DNA of 63,440 bases, the filler included. It is 10 parts of 10 records of this genome, joined end to end, with 100 filler letters (N's around TTAATTAATTAA, not from the genome) between each part and the next. Parts side by side here need not be neighbours in the genome. Positions count along the whole stretch, not along the records: positions 6,367 to 14,818 come from SRR31147125_259791; positions 14,919 to 23,605 come from SRR31147125_259901; 8 more parts are not named here. One strand, given 5' to 3'. The stretch's first letter is position 1. Every line of letters begins with the position of its first letter. The notes under the pieces were generated by a model. It was not told the origin of the DNA and made no database searches. It was given only the letters and a program-made list of their open reading frames with translations. The translations under genes and the position numbers were made by a program. Positions 9,401-20,900 of this stretch are shown here, in pieces.

Positions 9401-12400
9401 CATCCCGATCTCATGCGGTCGTCTATAAGTCAGACAGACCAGCGCCCCAAAGCACAACAGGTTTTGCCCCAGGCCCCGCCCTGTTCCCCCATGCAACAGC
9501 CCCCTATTCAAGGGGACACCGGCCTGATTCAACAGGGACTTGAGGCCATGCAGCAGCTCCAGGCCCAGACTGCCAGGGCCCATGAGAAATTTTTGGAAAC
9601 CCAGGCCCAGGCCAGTCAAACCCTTGCTCAGATCATGGCCCAAACCCGGGGAGAAGGGGGTGCAACCGTCACCCTTCCAGCCAGCCGGATCCATGCAGGG
9701 GGGCAGCCAAGCCATGAACTGCCGCGAACACCACACCAGCCCATGCCTGCCCCCATACCCTCCCCGGCCCCAAAGGCTGTACCCAAGGCCCAGCCGGCCC
9801 AGACAGCTGCACCTGCCGCTGCGCCTGCCGCTGCCTCACCCAGCCCTGCCGTTCCTGAAGCCGTGTCGGAAACACCGGCTGAGACAAGCACCGGACTACA
9901 CGCCGTCCTCTTTGAGATTGTCAGCCGCCTAACCGGCTTTCCCGAAGAAATGCTCGAACTTCAGATGGATATTGAATCGGATCTGGGCATTGACAGCATT
10001 AAAAAGGTAGAGATCATCTCGGAGCTTGAAAAGGCCCTGCCCCAGGGCACCGGACTGTCCAGTGATCATCTGACCTCCGTCAGAACCCTTGAAGATATCT
10101 GCACCGCCCTGGGCGAAGACGCCCCTGCCGGCCCATCCCAGGACGCTGGCCAGCCGGTATCAGTACCGGTGGACGATGCCGCCCCCCAGACCATGGCGGT
10201 GCTGATCAAGATCATCAGCGACCTCACCGGCTTTCCCGAAGAGATGCTTGAACCAGAGATGGATCTTGAGTCCGATCTGGGCATCGACTCCATCAAACGG
10301 GTGGAAATCCTGTCCCGGCTGGAGCAGGAACTGCCGGATATACAAAGCATATCCCCGGACGATATGGGGACGCTAAAACGACTTGGAGACATTGTCTCCT
10401 TTCTCACCCCAGCCCATGACCCGGCCGCAGACAGCGGACCGGATAAAAAAAACGCCATCTGAAGCCGGGGATGGACAATTAGTTCAAAAATCTTCTGCCG
10501 CAGCCGGTCCCCTGTTGCGGCAGGAGGTTGTCCTTAAACCCTATCCTGTCAATCAGATCCGGTTTTTCAACGGGGCCAGGATTGAGGTGGCTGCCGACCG
10601 CACCGTCTATCTTACCCAGGACACAGCCGGCCTTGCCCAGGCCCTTGCCTCACAGTTTGAAGCCCTGGGCATACGCACCGCGCGTATCACCATGGGCCAG
10701 GACAGTCTCCCGGACATGTCGGATGCCGCCGGTGTGGTTGTATTAGCGGATGCGGGTGACGCCGGAAATGATGATGCGGCCCAGGCATTTCTCTCCCAGG
10801 CCTTTGATCTGGCCAGGGGCGTTGGGACCTCCCTTATGACGGCCGCTGAAACCTGTGGGGCATTTTTCTCAACGGTGACCTTCTTTGGCGGCGCCTTTGG
10901 CTTTCAGGACCAGGATTCTGACATTTCCCCCATATATGGCGGTCTGGCCGGCCTGGCCAAAACCGCTGATATCGAATGGAAAAATGTGCTCTGCCATGCC
11001 CTGGACCTGGCAGCGGATCCAGACCAGTGCAAGGCCAAGGCCGAAGCCATCGTCGCCCTTATGATGACCCATGGTGCGGTGGAAATGGGCATTAAAGAAG
11101 ACCAATGTCTGATTCCCGAATTGCAGCAGCGACAAATTGATCCGGGAACGCCGGACATGGGCCCAAAGGATGTGGTGGTCATCACCGGTGGGGCCAAGGG
11201 CGTCACCTTTGAATCTGCCCTGGCCCTGGCCAAGACCTGCACCCCGAAAATTGCCCTGTGGGGACGATCCCCGGCCGGATATGAAGAACCCAAATGGCTT
11301 GAATCCCTCACCCAGGCCGGAGAAATCAAACAGGGAATCTTAAAAAATGAATTTTTGAATCAAAAACCCAAACCCGCCCAGGTCCAGGAACGATACCAGG
11401 CCATCATGTCCAACAGGGCCATCCGGAAAAACCTTGACCGCATCAGGGCCTTTTCGCCGGAGGTGACCTATGCCTCGGTGGACATCCGGGACAAGGCTGC
11501 TGTGTTGGCCGCCATGCAAGAGGTGACCGATCAGCTGGGACCGGTCACCGCCCTGATTCACGGGGCAGGCGTCCTGGAAGATAAACTGATTGTGGAAAAA
11601 CAGCCCGACCAATTCCAAAAGGTATTTCACACAAAAGTGGGCGGCCTTGCCAATCTCATGGCAGCGATTCCCCATGAGGACCTGCGCTTTCTGGTGCTTT
11701 TTTCCTCTGTGGCCGCGCGGTTTGGAAACCAGGGCCAATGTGACTATGCCATGGCCAATGAGGTGTTAAATAAAACAGCCCAGCACCTGTCCCGGACCCG
11801 GCCCAATTGCCGGTGCCTGTCCATCAACTGGGGCCCCTGGGACGGGGGCATGGTGGACGACAGTTTAAAAAAGCAATTTTTAAGACGGGGCATTGATCTG
11901 ATTCCCCAGGACCGTGGTGCCGAACAAATGGTCAAAGAAATGGCCTCCGGTACCCAGGTTGAAATTGTTATCGGCGCAGGGCTTAAGGCAGAGCCACCGG
12001 AAAAAGCCTTGGTCCTCACCAAAACCATGGAACGAGCCATGGGAGAAAAGGCCTGTCCGATCCTGGCCCATCACCGCATTGATCACCAGCCTGTTGTCCC
12101 CCTGGCCATGATGGCGGATCTCATGGCCCATTCAGCGGAAAAAAACAACCCGGGACTTATCTTTTCCGGCATGGACGACATGCGGCTGCTCAAGGGCATC
12201 CTTCCCGGAGACAGGGAAATGCCCATTGGGGTGGAACTGAGCCGGTGCCTGCCTGAAAAAGGGGTTTACACGGTGTCAGCCAGGCTCTCTTCCGGAAAAA
12301 CAAACAGCCCGCGTTTCCATGCCCAGGGCACCTTGCGCCTCAGGGACAGCCTTCCCAAACCGCCGGTATTGTCCAGGGCCGCGTTTATGGATCTCAAGCC

Positions 12401-14041
12401 TGGCAAGCTAAGCCCGGCCCAGGCATATGACAGCCGCATTTTATTCCATGGTCCGGCCCTTCGTTGTATTGAAGATATAAACGGGGTGTCCGTCAAGGGT
12501 ATCGATGTCATTGCCCGGTGCGGTCAGGGGCCGGACACCTGGTATGCCTCTGCCCATGCCAGACAATGGACCCTGGATCCTTTGATGCTGGATGCTGCAT
12601 TCCAGGCCGCAATTCTGTGGACCTATGAAACCCGGGGTGCCGTCTGCCTGCCCAACGCCTGGGAAAGCCTGCGTGTTTATTCCTCCTATGCGGACTATCT
12701 TGCCTCCGGAAAGGACCGGACGGTCCGCATCATGTTTACTGTCAACCATGACGGTCAGCATAAAATCCAGGGATACTTCACCTTCCTTGACAGCCAAGAC
12801 GTTGTCATTGCAAGCATCATGGGCTTTGAGGCCCTGACCGACACCAACCTTCTGGAAAAATTTAAAAGCCCCCCTATACAACCGGGATAGGATCCTGGCC
12901 TTTGCCCAGGGAAATCCTTCCGAAGCCTTTGGTCCGGAATATGAAGTTTTTGACCGGGAAAGACAAATCGCCAGATTGCCAAGGCCCCTTATTTTTTCAT
13001 GGATCGGGTCACCCGGGCCGACCACCCGCAATGGCAGATGCAGTCAGGCGGATGGATAGAAGCCGAGTATGAAATCCCGGCCCAGGCCTGGTATTTTAAA
13101 GCCAACCGGGCCCAGGCCATGCCCTTTTGCATTCTCCTTGAAATCGCCCTTCAACCCTGCGGCTGGCTGGCGGCTTATGCGGGTTCCGCCCTCCACAGCG
13201 AGGACCGTCTCCATTTCAGAAACCTCGGCGGCAAGGCCAGGTTAAGCCGTAACCCCATCCCCGGGTCCGGCACCCTCACGATCAGAAGTCGAATGACCGA
13301 GGTCTCAAAGGCCGGCGGTATGATTATCCAGGACTTTGATATGCAGGTTTTGAATAACGGAGAAACCATATACCAGGGCACCACCAACTTTGGATTTTTC
13401 ACTGAAGAGGCCCTGGCCAACCAGGTGGGAGTCAGAGCCCCAAAATTCTTCACAAAGCCTCCGGCTTCGGACCAGGGCGTGACCTTTGAGCGATCCGCCC
13501 CGATTACACCCGAGGATCCAAACCTTGATCCGGCCTCGGAATCCGGTATGCCCGCCACAGCCCTTAGGATGATCGATTCTATTGATTTCCTTGATTTTGA
13601 GGGGGGTGCTTTAACCAGGGACTGGTCTGCGGGACCAAAACGGTCAACCCCAAAGAGTGGTTTTTTGATGCCCATTTTTATCAGGATCCGGTCTGCCCCG
13701 GTTCCCTCGGCATTGAATCCTTTATCCAGCTGCTCAGGTATTTTATGGTTCAAAAGCATCAGATCAACGCAGACGCCTATGAAATCAGGATGGGGGAATC
13801 CCATGCCCATCAATGGATATACCGGGGCCAAATCATCCCCTCTAACAAAACCATTGAGGTCCAGGCCCATATCATTTCCTGCGTTCAAACCCATAAGACC
13901 TTTGCCATCTGTGCCTCAGGCGCCCTGGTGGTGGACGGCATATGCATCTATGAATTCCAGGATTTTTCCCTGGAGATGGTCCCTGCCGGCAATGCCCGTC
14001 AAATTGCCAAGACCCGGCAGACAGGCAAGGCAAATGAATAA
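6461..14041 (+). CDS. pfaA: Pfa-like iterative type I PKS / secondary lipid synthase KS-AT-ACP-ACP-KR-DH(PKS)-DH'(FabA)-DH(FabA), split by four apparent homopolymer frameshifts
   Basis: KS: DAACASS, EAHGTGT, IGHAKAAAG. AT: GHSFGE, AAFHS. Two ACPs: DLGIDSIK. KR: ITGGAKGVT, YAMANE. PKS-DH: HRIDHQPVVP, LDAAFQ. FabA-type: WYFKANR..MPFCILLEIALQPCG and (alternative frame) EWFFDAHFYQDPVCPGSLGIE. Frame breaks at A8 10445-10452, C6 ~12869-12874, C4 ~12985 and ~13600-13610. Confidence 0.85.
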
Positions 14042-14046
14042 TTAGC

Positions 14047-14818
14047 ATGGGAATAAAAATGCCGGAACCCAAGAAAAGCGAAAAACACAAGGCCAGGGGG
14101 CAGCGGTCCGGGCGAAAATTTCCAATGCCTGGTGCCGGCCAATTGTTCTCCGCTCTGACCGCTGGTGGCTGCAATGCCATTATTATAATCAGTGTGGAAA
14201 TTTCCTTTGCCGCCATGATTTTTTCAGGGCCCATCAGCAGTTTTATATCCAGGGGGACCGGCATCCTGCTTCTGGGGACCTTTCTAATCGGACTGATTAC
14301 CGCATTGAAAAGTTCCCATCCCAACGCTATCGGCCTGGTACAGGATGCTCCCGTGGCCATTCTGGCAGCCCCCCTTGCCGGAATCGCCGCGACCATGGGG
14401 CTGGATCAGCCTATGGGAGACGCTGTTTTTACCCTGGTATTTGCCATGGCAGTCTCCTCCTTGGCGGTGGGAGGACTCATGCTGCTCATGGCAAAATTCA
14501 AGCTGGGAAACCTGGTCCGATTCATTCCCTATCCGGTCATCGCAGGATTTTTAGCCGGTATCGGCTGGCTGCTCATCAAGGGCGGTATTGAAGTCATGGC
14601 ACAGGCGCCTGCCGACCTAAGTGTTTTAAGTGCCCTGTTCACCCAGGCCACACTCATAAAATGGCTCCCCGGTCTGGGCTTTGCACTGCTCCTGTTTTGG
14701 ATGCTCAGGAAATGGTCCCATTTTCTTATTCTACCGGGCATGGTCCTTTCCTGCATCTTATTATTTTTTATCGGCCTTAAGTTTGCCGGGACATCCTTTG
14801 CCAGGGCCGAATCCCTGG
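14047..14818 (+). CDS. SulP/SLC26 family anion transporter, 3'-truncated
   Basis: ISFAAMIFSG, LVQDAP and LVRFIPYPVIAGFLAGIG, with multiple hydrophobic helices. Confidence 0.85.
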
Positions 14819-14918
14819 NNNNNNNNNNNNNNNNNNNNNNNNNNNNNNNNNNNNNNNNNNNNTTAATTAATTAANNNNNNNNNNNNNNNNNNNNNNNNNN
14901 NNNNNNNNNNNNNNNNNN
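14819..14918. other. Artificial contig spacer
   Basis: Same 100-nt N/TTAATTAATTAA linker. Confidence 0.99.
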
Positions 14919-14956
14919 CCCCCTCCTGACTCCTGCCGGACTCCTTTGTGGAATAG

Positions 14957-17900
14957 GTTGGCAACTTGCAACTCTTTGGAACTCAAAGTCGTATAACAAC
15001 ACGCACGGGAGATCTCAAGATCATTGTTCCAAGCGAGGGCGACCTCTTCCTTAGGGGGGTTCAGGCGTTGCACTGTCCACAGGATCCAGTCCCCAAACAG
15101 CCGTCCATCTCGCGGGGGACGCACTTCTGATTGGTGATTTTCTCACGATCACGCAATCAGACTCTACAACACGACTAGACAGTGAAGAAGCTGGTACGTT
15201 TCGGTCCCGGACCGGGAGCATCGTTGCTGAACCTGTCCTTGCTTGCAGTGAGTCTACTCCGTGCACCCCAAGACATCCGCTTCGTTGCAGGGGTACCCTC
15301 CAAACGTCGGAGTGCATCAGAAACCCCTTTCAGCATCGCCATGCGCCTTCAGGGCGGAGACGGGACCACGTCCGACGTAGTCCAAATGGATTCATCGACG
15401 ATCACCTTCGGCGTGCCCGTTACAGCAGGAGGCGGGTTCTTCCGATTCGCGAATGGACTTCTTAATATCACAGGCACCCTGATCGCAAAGACGTTCACAC
15501 CCACATCCCTCAAGGCCACTGAGCTCAATATTGGAGATCTTACGGTCAAAGACAAGACTGTATCCTCCGCCAAGCCCTTCCTTGACCTGTCTGTGGATGA
15601 TGGGAACAAAATTGTCTTCCGTGTGGCGGGCCGGGATACATGGGTCATGGATACCTCGGCAAAGACAACTACCTTTGGCGATGTTCAGTTCTCCCAGGGG
15701 CATATCGTGGTCCACACCCTTGCCTCCTCCGCAGGATCGCGTCTAGTAATGGAAGACGACCGTACCCTGCTCACAGCCGAGACGAAAGTCCTTCTGGAGG
15801 GTACCGACGTTGTTCTCCATGCCCCTGGACGTGTTCGACTTGCAGCATCGGAGGGTGTCCGTATTCAGGCAGGCGATCAGCAAACACACGTGTCAGTGGA
15901 CATGGATGGAGTCTCCCTGGCCGGAACTGTTCAAATCGACGAATCCGTGCAAAGCCGCCAGGGGTATACTACCCTTACCGCGGGAACGGGAGACTTGCTC
16001 TTCAACACACCCCACGGCGTGCTACACGTCAATGCAAGCACGTTGCGTCGAACGTCGAACGACATGTGGTTCAGGGCCGATCAAGACATTGTTCTGCGTG
16101 CAGCCGCAGGTTCCATTCGCCTTCACAAAGCTCGAGATATTCAAATGACCGCTGACACCTTGGAACGTGCGTCTGTGGCTGGTAGTGGACAAACAGGCGG
16201 GAAGACAACCTTCACCGGACAAGAAAGCAACACTGTGGGTGGCGATACCATCCTCCAGGCTGGTTCTGCCACCGAACCCTCTTCCATCCGAGGCGGGAAC
16301 CTGGTGCTGCGATCTGGCGCGGGAGGCACGGGTAGTGGTGCTGTGGGCGGCGATATTCTTGTTGTTGGACAGCCTGCCATTACTCTAAGCGATGTGGCCC
16401 TCATTGACAACACTCAGCTTCTTATCCACGGTGGAAAGAAGGTGGATCTTCGGGGTGCCACCACCATCCTGACGGGAAGCGGGAGTGTGGATGAACTCGA
16501 TATCTCAGGGGGTCTTGTCGTTCGCACCGGTGGTATGGAGGTGTCGGGAGGGTTACAGGCCGACTCGGGAGTCTTTGGTTCGGGGCCCACGACTGTAGAG
16601 GGCGACCTGTCCTTTGAAAGCGGAGCGAGTGTGACAGGGGACCTTCAGGCATCGTCTTCGGTTAGGGTCACAGATGAAGTGAGGACACCGGATGTGCAGG
16701 TCACGTCGGGGGGTGTGGACACGGCAAGCCATGTAGACGTCTCCTCTGGTGGTGTTGAGGTGGCCCACGGCGATGTAACTGTTCACGGAGATGCCTACCT
16801 ACCTCTCCTGATTGACACGCACGGCCCTACCTTCCAAAAACTCTCCATCGTGGATGGGGGCCTCGATGTCGAGGGAGGTGTTCTTGTACACACAGACGGT
16901 GCCAATACCCTAAAGGGTCCCGTCGTTGTGGAGAGTGGTTCGCTTCGTACTACCGGTGGTCTTACCGTACTAGACGGGGGAATGCGCGCGGACAGTCTGG
17001 TTGTCGGACAAGGGGACCTCAGCGTGCCATCCCTCAGTGTCCAAAACACGGGAATGACCGCGAAATCCATGGAGGCTGACACTGCGACCATCACGGGCAA
17101 TGTCCGAGTAGCCGGACCGCTCTCGATTCCCGATACACCCCTGGCGGCTCACTTGGTAGTGGAGCATGGCCTCTCTGTCGGGAGTCAAGGAACCGAAATA
17201 ACAGGCGGCCTTACGGTTCACACCGACGGAGTTGTGGTTGCTGAGGGAGGCATGCGCGTTCGTCAAGACGGTCTCTCTGTTTCTGATGGTGGTATGAACG
17301 TGGCGGGTGGTCTGTCGGTGTCGGGCGGGTCCTTGAACGTGGAAACGGCAACTGTGAACCAAGGGGCAAGCGTGCAAAGTGATGGTGGCCAAGTTATCCT
17401 GGGAGGCGCTGTCGTTCATGGAAATGTGGATATTTCGGGCGGTTTGACCCCAGAAGACATTGTGCGAGGGCGCGCAGTAGTGGGTGAAGTGCACATTGCG
17501 GAGGGTCCTGTTTCCGTATCTCCGGACGGCGTTAAGGTGACGGGTGGTGTTGCCGTCCATGAGGGTGGTATGGTTGTCCATGAGGGTGGTATGCACGTCG
17601 TGGCGGGTGTGGTTGAGGTGCTCACCGGCGAAGGAGTGGACATGAAGGGAGATCTTACTGTTGACGGAGTTTCGATCACGGACGACGGTCTTACGACTCA
17701 AACCGGAATCACCGTGGAACAAGACGGGGTTGCCGTTCACAAGGGCCAACTTGACGTTCTTATGGGCGGTCTTTCTGTGCACGGGGACCTGCTTGTGCGA
17801 AATCCGGGAGACATTACGTTTATCGACGTGGCAGGATCTCCCGACATCATCGATCCCACGACCATGCCGCTCCATGTACGGGGAGGAGCTTCCGTGGCAG

Positions 17901-20900
17901 ATGGTTTGGAGGTACGGGGCGGGGTGAGTGCGTATGAAGGCGGAATCACCGCGATGGATGGTCTACGTGTGCTCGAAGGAGGGATGTTCGTTGAAGAAGA
18001 CGGAGTCGAGATAACGGGTGGACTCACTGTGCACGACGGTCTCCTGAACATTGCTAGCGGTGGTCTCGTTGCACCCTCTGGCTCAGTTATTATTACGGAC
18101 GGTGGACTTGTGATCGAGTCGGGCCACATGCGTGTGGAGGGGGATCTGACCGTGAGTGGCGGGGTTGTTACCCTTCCCGCATCGGTGGCACAGCCACCCT
18201 TCCAGTCCCTAGACATCCAAACAGGAGGTCTTCTTGTTACGGGTGGTATCACGGTGCACGACGGCGGTCTCTCTGTGGAGAAGGGTAGAATTGTCCTGGA
18301 AAGGGACGGCCTTCGCATCGCATCCGACGGTGCCGCAGTTTATGGTGGTCTAACCATTCACGAACCAGGTCTCACGGTGGAATCGTTCCCCATGGCTGTG
18401 TCAGGCGGTGTAACTGTGGCAGAAGGAGCGGTCCAAGTTGCTGGGGACACTCTTGTGCGGGGCGATATAACCCTACGCGGCGGCGAAGTGTCGGGACTCG
18501 ATCTGGGCTCCACCTTTGGTATTGTAGCTACAACGGGCGTCTCTGTGCTGGACGGTGGTGTGGAGGTGACAGGCGGCATCACAGCATACGAAGGTGGTTT
18601 GGTGATTTCGGGTGGTACCTACGTTAAGAAGGACGGTGTGGAGGTCTTGTTGGGGGGGCTTACCGTCAACGGCAATATGGGCTTGTCCGTTGAGAATACC
18701 CTGACTGTGATGGAGGGCGGACTTCACACGAGCCAGGGTATGATTATCGGGGCCGGTGGACTCGATGTACAGAGTGGCGGTGCCCGGGTGCTCGACGGAG
18801 GAATGGCCGTGACCGGAGGGATAACTGTTGTGGGTGGACTCGACTTGCCCGATCGGCCCGTTCTGTTGCGAGTTGAACCTCTTACAGCCCCCACTACCAT
18901 CGTGGTAACGGGCTTTGGTATCGAGGTGACAGGCAGTGTCGACTTGTACGAGGGAGACTTGTCTGTGCAAGAGGGAGACCTTATCATTCATCACGGGCTT
19001 CTCTCAACAGCGAATGAGGGTGTGAGTGTTGAAGGCGGTATCACGGTACACGACGGTGGCGTGCATGTGGAAGAGGGTGGCTTGAGGGTCCTCTCGGGAG
19101 GGCTTCAAGTTCAAGAGGGAGCGTTGGAAGTGCTGTCCGACGAAGGTACCACAGTTCACGGGGATATAGAGGTCCACGGCAATCTTTTCGTGGAGCAAGA
19201 CGGCCCCAGTGACAACGGGTTACGGGTCCTGGGCGGTGCCGAGGTCACGGGCGGGATTACTGTGTTCACGGGTGGTCTTACATCTCAAATGGGCGAGACG
19301 ACTGTGTACGGCGGAATGCAGGTTCACCGCGACGGAATGGAAATCACAGGAGGACTTACTATTCACGACGGTGGGCTGTTCCTTCCCGACGATGACCTGA
19401 CGCTTGAGTCGGGTGACCTTACCGTGGTCAGTGGCGGATTGACTATCTCGCAAGGACAACTGAGTATCCCCAGTGGTGGTCTCCTTGTTGAAGATGGAAT
19501 TGAGCTCACATCGGGCGACCTTACCGTTGTTGACGCCCAATTCTTCATGGTTACGGGCCACATGATAGTGGGCGACCGCTTTTCCGTGGTGGAAGGAGGT
19601 ATTGAAGTGACGGGTGGTGTCTCGGCCTTCGAGGGTGGTGTTCACGTATCGGATGATGTACGTGTATTGGATGGTGGAGCGTCCATTCTGGAAGACGGAG
19701 CCGAGGTGAGAGGGGGCGTGTCGGTGCACCAAGGCGGCCTTCAAATCTTCGATGACGGACTTGTTGTCAGCCATGGAGGTCTTGTGTCCGCAGATACGGA
19801 CCACGGTATCACAATCCACGGTGGTGGACTCGACATCCAGGGTGGAATGGAGGTGGAGACTTTGACTGTAGAGGGGGGACTAGAAACCACAGGCGCCGTG
19901 CGACTTGCGGCTACATCAGGAGTTTCCGTCTCAGGCGGGATCTCTGTTGTGGGAGGTCTGACCGTGTGGGACGGTGGCTTGGAAGTCTTTGAAGGTGACA
20001 TGCTTCTGACGGGACCGGCACAGTTACGCGGAGGAGCTACCATCGATCAGGGTCTGGATGTGGATGAGCTTCGGGTGAACGGGAAGACAGTAATCGATGG
20101 TGATCTGGCTGTCGGGAACGGGGGAATGGAAGTCACGGGAGACCAGCCCCTCCATGTGGGCGCACTTGAAGTCGTCGATGGGTCCTCGTCGCTCGTTCAC
20201 GGAGGTGTTCGTGTTGGCTCGGATGGCAGTGTTATGGGAGGTTTGACTGTCCAAGGCTCTGTTGAAGCTCGTGCGGGTATGGTTGTCCAAGGAGCGGGCC
20301 AGTTCGCTGAGGGTCTCGCTATGGATTCAACACTCCGTGTCCAAGAGGGTGGGCTGGCAGTGACGGGTGGATTGACCGTACACGGCTTCCTGTCGATGCC
20401 GGGCGATATCGACGAGGAGGCTCTCAAGGATGTGAGCTACGGTCTTCTGGTCCTGGAAGGAGGTCTTGAAGTAACGGGCGGAATCACAGCCTATGAGGGT
20501 GGGGTCGTTGTTGCACAGGATGGTGTTCGCGTGGAGAAAGAGGGTGTGGACGTCCGTTCCGGAGGAATCCGCGTTCGTGACGATGCTCTGACTGTGGAAC
20601 ACGAGGGCATTACAGTTGAAGATGGGGATGTCACTCTTTCCTCTCTGCTCAACGCCGAAAATGGGATGCGTGTTGAGGGTGGTGGTCCTCTCGCTGTTTC
20701 GTCCGGTGCAGCAGAAGTCAGTGGCGAACGCATCCAGGCACGGGACGGCATGGATGTACTGGGATCCGGAGGACTGCATGTTGACACAGGAGGGATGGAG
20801 ATTCTTCACCAGGGTGCGGTAACGATCAACGAGGGAGCAATGGTGGGCGATGGCCTGCGCGTGTTGTCTGGTGATCTTGTCGTGGCCTCGGGAGAGGTGC

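Noticed and set aside
15182-15250. ORF-track N-terminus MKKLVRFGPGPGASLLNLSLLA as a bacterial signal peptide (autotransporter/adhesin)
   Set aside because: It is a translation of intron sequence; coding continues upstream in another frame.
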